Shown: positions 50,631-64,000 of the stretch, in pieces
How the letters are laid out: each line of letters opens with the position of its first letter
Position numbering within the stretch: position 1 is the stretch's first letter
NCBI RefSeq assembly: GCF_009914755.1
Contig: NC_060938.1
From: the human T2T-CHM13v2.0 reference genome, Homo sapiens
DNA: 64,000 nucleotides
Strand: one strand, 5' to 3'
Notes under the pieces: generated by a model
Told to the model about the DNA's origin: nothing
Databases searched by the model: none
What the model saw: only the letters and a program-made list of their open reading frames with translations
Position numbers and translations under genes: made by a program

Positions 50631-51437
50631 AAGGGATTATTTAAAAGAGGACAAACATAGATGAATAAAGTTAATGTATCATTAAAAATGTTCATATAAA
50701 TAAAAGGGGACTAGGGTTCTGCACACTGTGGATAAAGAACATAGAGTCAGTTATTTGTAATAATATTGTAGGCCATTTTGCATTTTCCTTGAAGAAAATA
50801 AAAATACTAACAAATTATTCCATGAGTGAATAAAAAATAAACAAATAAATGGATTCATAAATTAGGATCAAACATGGACCATTGGTGAAAATGTGTTAAG
50901 AAATGGGGACATAAATTTATCCAATTCTAATCAAGGAAGACCTATAAAAAAGATCACCTTGGTTCTTACCTATGTGGGTGGGGCTTAAGTGATAGAATTT
51001 GGAACATGCCTAGTTTTTTATTATTTTTTTTAGGGCACAGGTTTGGGAGTTTTCACTATATTGCCTAAATTAGTAATTAAAAAAGTCAATAAATAAAATC
51101 AGGGCCATTCTTGGGCTAATGATGGGAATTTGACAAAAACTGGAGTTTTTTTTTTCCATAAATTTGGTACAACAGGACTTAGGTCCCTTAAAAAAAATCT
51201 AAATCTGTGCTGCTTCTTGAATTTTCTAAAATCTAGTTTTTACTCCACATTCTGTATGCCAGATCTGACTTATTTGTTATCCAATGATGGAGATCATGGC
51301 TGTCACTTATGTGGATAAGAAGCAGAGAGGCACGTTAAGTAACAGAGTTCTTGTTCTTGCTTTGAAGGGGGCTATTCATGTTGTCCATGGAATTAATTCA
51401 AGGGAATGAATGGCTACCACAAACATAAATAGAATTA

Positions 51438-51618
51438 AAAAATGCTGAGAGAGTGGATGTGAAGTGTTCTCACCACAAAAATGGCAACTACGAGAAGTAA
51501 TGGTTATATCAATTAGCTAGAGTTAGTCATCCGACAATGTATATATAATTCAAAACATCATGTCGTATGCGATAAATACACATAATTTTATCTGTCAATT
51601 AAAAATAAAATAATAAAA
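51438..51618 (+). mobile_element. L1MA-type 3' end fragment
   Basis: GAGAGTGGATGTGAAGTGTTCTCACCACAAAA...TGTCAATTAAAAATAAAATAATAAAA. Confidence 0.7.
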
Positions 51619-52249
51619 TCAAAACCAATTAAACAATGCCATGCATGGGCAAATATTGGGAATATGTAATGAACCATAGGTTAAGATGAATTCATTTTAG
51701 TACAGCTGAAGTCCCTTACAAAGATGAATTTATTTTGGTACAACTGAAATCCCTTACAAACATAATTGGAGGGGGTTGTATTCATTTTCACAGTTGCTTA
51801 ATATTCTACTCTATTGTGCACCGTATTTTAAGAAGATTTCTCTATTGATAAAGATCTAGGCTTTTTCATTGGTGGGGAGGGAGCACCTACAAATACTGAA
51901 CAAATTGCCAGTGTTCCAGTTGTGGAATGAGGTGATAGGGTGTTCATTGTACTGCTATTAAGTTATGAGTAAATTAAGCGAAAGACGATTGAGCAAAGAG
52001 CAGTAGCACACGGGATGGTTAGGAAGCAAGGTTATCGATTAATTATAGGCACAGTCTGAGGCCCAATTAAAAAGAGATCTCGTCTACCAGCTCTGTGGGA
52101 AACAAGCCTGGAAATAGCATTCTGCAGCAGTCAGAGGTCTTGTTCTTGGGTTTTTGTGATTCATGGATATTAAATTATTTTGTGGGTGAAACCATGAATG
52201 AAATAATATGCATAATCAATAAACAGTGCATAAGTAAATACATGAGGAA

Positions 52250-52319
52250 AAAGTGAGTGATGAATAGTTCTGTGGCATATGAATCATTAATTTTGATTAA
52301 ACCCTAAACTCTGAAGTCC
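52250..52319 (+). ncRNA. SNORD113-1: C/D box snoRNA SNORD113-1
   Basis: GTGATGA...TTTTGATTAAACCC...CTGAAGTCC; matches recalled sequence; 5' stem degenerate. Confidence 0.88.
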
Positions 52320-54770
52320 ATTAGAAAGAGACCTTGCTCTTCTCTGTAAGAGAGTGGAATTCAGAGTAAAAGTTCAGTTTCTTGGGCTTTAGTGCTTCCT
52401 AGGTAGGGATCATAAATGAATCGATGAATGCATTAACAAAGAAATGTGTAAGTGAAGATAAAGACTGTCATATGTGGACCATTTATGAGAGCATGTCATG
52501 AAACAAGTATTTCTAGGAATATATTTGTAGAATACTGAATTTCAATATAACATATAGGCAAAAGCTGTCATTTGGAGTACATAGGAGCTGCAGACACGCA
52601 GAAGCACATGGACAGATGCATCTAAGTGTCCATGTTGGCATTCTGGATTGGTAAGAGGTTGCTAGCTGTCAGCTTATTGAGAAGGAAAAATATTTACACA
52701 AACAAAAGATTACATGACTGTAATAGAAAAGGAGCAAATATGTGCCAATTTGAGGATGTGTTACATGACACCAGTTATGATGGATCTAATTGTATCCACT
52801 GAATTTTATAAAAAGCGACAAAAAATGGCAAGGGATAGAGTCGGTTATTTCTATGGGTTGTTTTGTTTTGTGTTCAAGTTCAAGTGTAGAGTCTGGGATC
52901 TCTGGTAATTATATATTGTTTTTTAAGTTGAATGAATATAATTATATCTCAAGGGCCAACTCTGGACAGTGTGGAGCATGTGATGTGGAATAAAGCTTAT
53001 GACTAATCCCGTTCTACCCTACTGGTGTCCTTATAGAGAAAGTAGGATCTAGGCGCTTCTAACTTGGGTTAACTTGGGTTAAGTTCATAGAGAGGGATCA
53101 TAGAATATTTCAGTTCTGGGCTGCTGGTGGGTTTACCATATTTTATTGAGAGAGGGCCAAACACGAACCAATATTCAGAATGTGTCGTATGACCAGGGTT
53201 ATAATTAATCCAACATTATTTAGTGAGTTTTATTTTTAAGAAAATTAAAAGAGGATTTTTTGGGCTGTAGCTATGGGCTATGAATATGTAGACAGATATT
53301 GACAGTTCTTATCCTTTGTCTTGGAGTCCATTGTTATTGATATGTTGTTCTAAGGGAATAAAGGAGGTTATTCATATCAAGATCAATTATTTAAGAGAAG
53401 GCCAAGCATGGGCCAGTGAGGAACAGGTGTTATGAACCAAAGATAATGATTACTCCAGTTATACTCTAATGTTGTCCAGATAAATAGAGCTCCAGGTTGC
53501 CCCTGCTTTGGATAAAGCACACATTGAAATTTCCATGGAGTAATTCTTTAGAAAAACAGATATGTAATTTATTCCATGCATAATTGTATATATGAGTAAA
53601 TAAGTGAATCACTAGACATGTAAATCAGAAAGATTTTGCATCATTAATGAGAATATGCCATAAAACAAAGGTTTACATTTATCTAATTTTGCACAAGTGA
53701 GATCCACTAAAAGTGATCACCTATCTGGTAAATTTATGGATCTGGAGTATGTAGACAGATATTTATGATAGATATGGCTCTTATTCTCATGTTGATATTC
53801 ATTGTATTATTTAAAAGCCCAAACTACACAAGTCAATAAATAAGGAGTGCCATTTTTGGGCAATGATGAGATGACCGAAGTTTATGATTAATCTAATACT
53901 GCCAAACAAATTTCCATTAAAAAGTCTAACTGTAGGGTCTTTCTTTCTCTTGAAAGTATGTATTTTACTTCACCAAATGAGCACATTATGGTGAAGAACT
54001 GATTTAGTCATTCTCTAATGCTAAAGATCTTGCCTTTTACTTCTGTGGGTAAGGAGAGAAGAGATTTATGTAAGTAACAATTAGTGTTTACTGTTCTTGG
54101 ATTGGGAGGTTGGTTCATGGGTGTTGCCTGAATTTATTAAAATAATAACTGGATATATTAATAAATAAAACTAGGTAACACCAATATGTACCAGTGATGA
54201 GAATATGTTCAGAATTGGGATTTATGATTAATCTGATTTGGTACTAGTAAAATTCAATAAAAAAGATACAGGGTATTTCATTCATTTTCAGAGATGATTC
54301 AGATTGTTTTATTATTGCGTTGTGATTCAGTTAAGTACCTCTCCATTGATAAAGATTTAGGCTATTAATTCCTTGAGGGAGGAGCACATAGGAAGATGGA
54401 CAGTGTTGTCAGTGTTCTAGTTGTGCAGTAAGATTATGATTCCTTGGTGATTCATTATACCATATTTGGCACTTGAAAAAGGACCAACCGTGGACCAGTG
54501 AGTAGCATGGAGCTGACATGAAAGAAGGAAGTTGATTAATTTATAAGTGCCAAAAGTGCATATATGTATATATATGTATACAAACTCACACACACATATG
54601 TTGCAGAAAGTGACTTCCATCTATTAGCTCTTTGGTCAATGGACATATATACAATCATTAGTATTCACAGATGTTGTTCTTGAGCTTTTTGATTCATGAG
54701 AATTGATTATACTATTATTATTAATGAATCAATGAATAAAGAAATAAACAATGCATAAAGTATGTCAAGT

Positions 54771-54841
54771 ATAGCCAATCATTAGTATTCTGAGCTGTAG
54801 GAATCAAAGATTTTGATTAGATTCTGTAACTCAGAGGTTTA
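54771..54841 (+). ncRNA. SNORD113-2: SNORD113-2 (C and D boxes both degenerate)
   Basis: ATAGCCAATCATTAGTATTCTG...TTTTGATTAG...CTCAGAGGTTTA; homologous to the -1/-3/-4 copies. Confidence 0.8.
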
Positions 54842-56524
54842 TTAGAAAAAAGAAACTAGTTATTTCGTCTGTGGGAAAGGGGCTTACAGCAAAAGTTAGG
54901 AATAGCCAAAGATCTGATTCTCAGTTCTTCATGCCTGTGAACTGTATGAGAAGTGAACCAATGCAAGAATAAAGATGTAGAAATTAATGATGGCTAATTA
55001 TGCAAGTCTTTAATGAAACAAGGGTTATTACTAATTATTGTTATTTTCTGAAGCACTGAGTTTCATAACATAAATAGATTAAGTGTCCCTTACTATTTTC
55101 CACAAAAGACATATCTAATTTCACGAGAGTCCCTGTTGTAATTTTGGATTGATGTTGGGTTGTCGGTTTTATTTAGAAAAGAAACAAATCATTTACATTA
55201 AAAGTAATTGTTCCAATAATTGCCTAATTGAAAGAAGGCCAGGTGTGGACTAATACTGAGAATATGACCATAGGTCTTATTAATCCAATTCTGTTCACTG
55301 AACATTATCTAAAACAACAAAAATGATCTAGCCATTTGTATTTTTGGGCAGTGAGCATACAAACAGATATTAGTCAGTGTTCTTGTCCATTGTCTTGGCT
55401 TTTATTCATTTTGATGTATTGTAAAAAGTGAATGAATAAATGAGTTTGCGTTTCAATTATTTAAAAGAGTATGGAGGATTGGCCAAAGTGTCATCAAACA
55501 AAAATAACAATTAACCCATTTTTACAGATGAAAAATAAAAGAAATCTACATGGATCCCACTTTGGACAAAGTGCGTGTCAACAGTTGCATGAAATGGTAT
55601 TTCACTTCTTGATTATTGTTTGTTTTTATTCTTTTTTTAGAAAAAATGAATAAATGATCAAATTATTTTGGGGGTAATTAAATAAAAGAAAGAACACAAG
55701 TGAGTCAGTAAATGCTTAAATTAAGGTAGATCTTGGATCATTGCTTCATGGCACACTCTCAGAAATGCTCAAATATGGTGCCTTAAAAAAATTAATGAGG
55801 TTTGGGTGTTGATGTGGTTAGGGAGTATACAGATAGATAGTTGTTAGTGGTTACATTTATTACTCTTGCATTGGGTGGATTTAAGGGTTCATTATATTAA
55901 GAATTAAACAGTAAGTAAATTCATACATAAAAGGTATGGTTATTCTTGAGTCAATAATGAGAATGTGTTAGGAACCAAGGTTTATGATTAATCTAAAATA
56001 ATTTCTAAAAGAAGTTAAGTCTTTGCTGTTTCGTTCTTTCTAAAATGTGTATTTTCCTTCACACAATGAACATGCCACAGCTAATTATTCGATAACAATA
56101 AAGACATTGGTGTTTTGCCTCTGTGGTTAAGGAGCTCAGAGTCTGTTGTAGATAATAGTTAAAGTTCATGTCCTGGGTTTAGGTGGCTTGTTCATCACTA
56201 AATTATGTTAGAAGAATAAACCGCTAAATATATACATATATAAAAAGCATACCATACAAGAACCAATAATGGAAGTGAACCAAGGTTTATGATTAGTTTA
56301 ATTCAGCCCAACTTAGGTCCATTACAAATGATGGAGGGCTTTTATTAATTTCAGAGGTTTTTAATATTGTATTTTATTTTGTGCCGTGGTTGATTTACAC
56401 ACATTTCTTTAAAGTTAAAGATCAAGGCTATTCACTCCTCTAGGGAGAAGCAGATAGGAAAAGGAAGATAGTGTCAGTGTCCTCATTGTGAGTTAAGATG
56501 GTGGTTCACAGTTGTTCATTCTAT

Positions 56525-57053
56525 TGTATTATTATCTTTTGCTGTGTAATGAATTACTGAACAATTTAATGGATTAAAACAACAATAAACATTTGTCATT
56601 TCTCACGGTTTCTATGTGGCAGGAATCCAGGAGAGGCTTACTGGGGGCAGTTTTAGCTTAGGGTTTCTTGTGAAGTTGCAGGCAAGATGTCAGGTTGAGT
56701 TGCAGTCATCTGAAAGCTTGACTGTGCTAGAGTGTCTGCTTCACTTACATGGCTGGAAAGTTGGTGCTGATTGCGGGAAGCCACAGTTTCTTCACAAATA
56801 GACTCTTCCTCAGGACTGCTTGAGTATCCTTACAACATGGCAGTTGATGTCCCCTAGAGCAGTCAATCTAAGACAGAGAAAGGTGGAACCCTCAATGTAT
56901 TTTATAATCTAGCTCCAGAAGTCATACACCATCATTTCCACAGTATTCTGTTGGTAATACAGGCGGTCATGATTTAATATGTAAAGAAGCTACACAAGGC
57001 TATGCATAACAGGAGCATGGGCCTTGGGAGCCATTTGGAGGCTGGCTACCTCA
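56525..57053 (-). mobile_element. MLT1-type MaLR solo LTR
   Basis: TGTATT...TTAAAACAACAATAAACATTTG..TTCTCACGGTTTCT...GGAGGCTGGCTACCTCA. Confidence 0.75.
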
Positions 57054-57347
57054 TGTACTATCTTTAAAATATGGACAAATTAAATAAAAGAAAGTCTGGA
57101 TGAAATATTAATGTGAGATTGGTATGAAGCAAGGAAGTGTAGTTAATTATTTGTATAATGCTTGGATCCATTCTGAAAAAATGCAGTATCACTTCTATGG
57201 AAAATAAGCTTATAGATCTCAGTAATATTCAAGGATCTTGTTCTTAGTTTTTTTTGATTTGTGTCTATTGGCTTTGTTGTTAGTGATTCAATGAGTGAAA
57301 CAATAAACAAAGGTATGAATGAATGAATAAAAAAGAAATGCTAGGCC

Positions 57348-57418
57348 TAGACCAATGATGAGTATTCTGGGGTGTCTGAATCAATGATTTTGATTAAACC
57401 CTGTAACTCTGAGGTCCA
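57348..57418 (+). ncRNA. SNORD113-3: C/D box snoRNA SNORD113-3
   Basis: GACC-ATGATGA...CTGA...TTGATTA...CTGA-GGTC. Confidence 0.92.
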
Positions 57419-57944
57419 TTATAAGAGGAGACCTAGTTAATACCTATATGGTAAATGATATTATAGTGGAAGTTAGAATTATTTGGGATTTTGTTCTTAG
57501 GTGGTTGAAGTTCATAGGTGTGGATTGTATTACTAGAAAAGATTTAGTAAATGAAAAATGAAACAAATATGTAAATAAAGGAAGACAAGTAGAGCCATAT
57601 GTTGCCTAATTATGAGAATGTATAATGTATTTATTATTATTAACACACTTCTGAAGCACTCAGTTTCAACATAAATTGATTAAATCTGATACCTATTTGG
57701 GTAAGGAATATACATACAGAGACAAGTACCTAGAAATCAGTATTGTTTGTCCTGCATTATTTAGATGTTGCTGTTTCTTAATGAACACAAGAAAATATGA
57801 TCTAGTCTGGGAATCATGAGCAAATGACAGGTGTTAACGCCATTCATATTTCTGATGCAATCTGTATGTTCACAGATATTGATGATGTCATGAGTGAATG
57901 TATACACAGGAGTGAATGTATTCAGTTATTTGAGGAAGGTAAAG

Positions 57945-58158
57945 CAGTGTTTCTTGACTTTGGCTCTATTGACATTTTGGGTAATTCTCTATGGTGCAAG
58001 ATTGTCTTGTATATTGTAGGGTGTGTAGTAACTTCATTGGCTTCTACTCAGTAGATGCCAATGTTGACCCTCCTCCCAGTGTGACGATCAAACATTTCTT
58101 CAGACTTTGGCAAATTTCATCTGTGGGGGGCAACATTGTCCCCAGTTGAGAACCACTG
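57945..58158. mobile_element. MER20-like hAT DNA transposon
   Basis: CAGTG...CACTG termini; CTATTGACATTTTGGG; CCCAGTTGAGAACCACTG. Confidence 0.8.
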
Positions 58159-58977
58159 AGGTACAACATGGACTGAAGAGGAGCATGTGTTAAAAACGTG
58201 TGAATTATTTATCCTGTAGTATCTTACTGATGTTCAGATAAAGAAAAAGCAAAACAAAAGACCTAAAACTAGGCTCTTCCCCCACGGGGTCAGGTTCATG
58301 TGTATAGTTGCATTTAATTGTATTACGATTCTGGGTTGTTGATGGGCTGATCATACTGTGTTTTCTCCGAAAAAACAAAGAATTGTTCATGAGTACTTAC
58401 TAAATGAATAAGTGAAATGACAAATGAATAAAGAAACACATAAAGGAGAGTCTAGCATGGACTATTTTGGTGAAAATTTACCATAAAAAAAGTGGTTAAA
58501 TTTACCTAATTCTGTACTGTATAAATGAGATCCATTATTGGGAATAAAGTTCAGATTTTTACCATCTGGGTAGAAAACACATAGATGGATACTTGTAGTA
58601 GCTTTTATTCTTGTGTTGGGTGCCAGATAAATCAGTAAATAATATTCCAGGCCATTCTTGGGCCACTGATTAAAATGTGGTGTGAATAAGAGTTTATAAT
58701 TAATCTAGTACTGTCCTACAAATGTCCCTTGAAAGATTTAAATGCATGTAGGCTGTTCTTTCTTAAATCTACTCTTACTTTACACAATAGATGCACCATA
58801 CCTGATTTAATTATTTTTCAGTGGTGAAAATTATGGCTTTTACTTCTGTGGGTAAAAAGTGTAGGAATGGATTTAAGTTAATTTTTATATTCTTGATTCG
58901 TGTGGGCTTGTTCATGCTTTTTATTATTTTAGAGAAATAAATGGGCACATATTTAAATAAAGTAAAAAAGCTCTGTG

Positions 58978-59055
58978 CTGTGATCGCGCCACTGTACTCC
59001 AGCCTTGGCAACACAGTGAGACTCTGTCTCAAAAAAAAAAAAAAAAAAAAAAAAA
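58978..59055 (+). mobile_element. Severely 5'-truncated Alu with polyA and TSD
   Basis: GATCGCGCCACTGTACTCCAGCC...polyA; AAAAAGCTCTGTGC on both sides. Confidence 0.88.
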
Positions 59056-59244
59056 GCTCTGTGCATTGCCCAGTGATAGAAATGATTGTAAACAATAACA
59101 AAATTCTATTTCCATTCGACACAACTGAGAACATTAAAGAAAATAAGTTAGAGGGTTTTTAAATGACTTTTAGAGTTGAGGATTATTCCATTTTATTTTT
59201 GCACCATAGCTAACTTATATTTCCTCAAGTGACCTAATCTGTTG

Positions 59245-59590
<346 letters not shown>

Positions 59591-59713
59591 AATCTGTTGA
59601 ATGTTTAAGGGCAGTACATAGACAATGGTTTATATTGTCAGTGTTCCTATTGTGGGGTAAGATGGTGTGCTCGTGGTCATTTATTGTGCCACATTTAAAA
59701 TACAGACAAATTA

Positions 59714-63200
<3,487 letters not shown>

Positions 63201-63920
63201 GGATAAGTCTACTTTTCTTCCACGTAACAACCACAGGATAGATGACATTCATTTTCTAAGAAACAAAATCTTGGCAGTTAGATCCGTGGGGTAAAGAATA
63301 TAGATACTAATGTAAGTTAACACCTCAAGTTCATGTCCTTGGTTTGGATGCTTTGTTCAGGAGTGTTTAGTGGTATTTCAAAGGAATCAATATCTATAAC
63401 AAATTAAAATAACCAGGAATGGACCAGTGATGGAAATGTGTTCCGAAAATATGTTTAATATAATTTGGCACAACTGAAGTGATAAAAATATAGTAGTTAG
63501 ACCATTTATATTCACAATTATTTAACATTGTATCTTATTTTCTACCTCAAATGATTTAATCTTTTCCATATTGGTATGGTCCTGGCCGATAACTCTTTGT
63601 GTGGCAGCCTGAGAGAATATGGAAGACACTGTCAGTGTTGGAAGATGGTGGTTTTATCACTTTTCATTGCACTGTCTTTAAAACATGGGCAAATTGACTA
63701 AAAGAAGACTACAGAAGAAATAATGGTGATTGTGAATTTGGTATGAAGCATGGATGTTAATTAATCACACATGTTCTCTGAGGTCCATTGTAAAAGGAGA
63801 CCTAGTCTTCAGGGAGAGAGCCACTAATGGGGAGATCTTATTCCTAGAATTTTGTGGTTATATTATTATTCATGAACCAATGAATAATAAATGAATGATA
63901 TAAAGGAAGAAAAACGTGCT

Positions 63921-63994
63921 TGGACCAATGATGAGTACCATGGGGTATCTGAAACAGGATTTTTGATTAAACCCATATGCAATTCTGAGGTCCA
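63921..63994 (+). ncRNA. SNORD113-4: C/D box snoRNA SNORD113-4
   Basis: TGGACC-ATGATGA...CTGA...TTGATTA...CTGA-GGTCCA, perfect terminal stem. Confidence 0.92.
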
Positions 63995-64000
63995 TTACAA

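Overview
Mammalian (human-like) genomic DNA from the imprinted DLK1-DIO3 domain (14q32). The only credible protein-coding gene is RTL1/PEG11 (minus strand, 8148-12224), a domesticated Ty3/gypsy (sushi-type) gag-pol ORF. Splice signals suggest three small non-coding upstream RTL1 exons reaching ~31.15 kb. The plus strand carries the maternally expressed non-coding polycistron: MIR337, MIR665, the RTL1-antisense miRNAs MIR431/433/127/432/136, MEG8 exons, SNORD112, MIR370 and SNORD113-1 to -4. A CpG-rich segment with a CTCF-like motif lies at ~31.8-32.5 kb (MEG8 intron-2 DMR position). Gene names rest on recalled reference sequences, not on a database search. The main structure the named genes do not explain is at 39.3-64 kb: a fossil tandem array of roughly 50 decayed C/D-box snoRNA units (~220-330 bp each). 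It has a ~10-unit, ~2.5 kb higher-order period, repeated splice signals, and is interrupted by datable transposon insertions. Other observations: a decayed L2-like satellite at 13.6-16.9 kb, apparent human counterparts of rodent miR-1188, miR-3070 and miR-540, a cryptic miR-432 twin hairpin, and a likely L1 3' transduction. Nearly all other ORFs in the track are shadows of GC-rich DNA or repeats.
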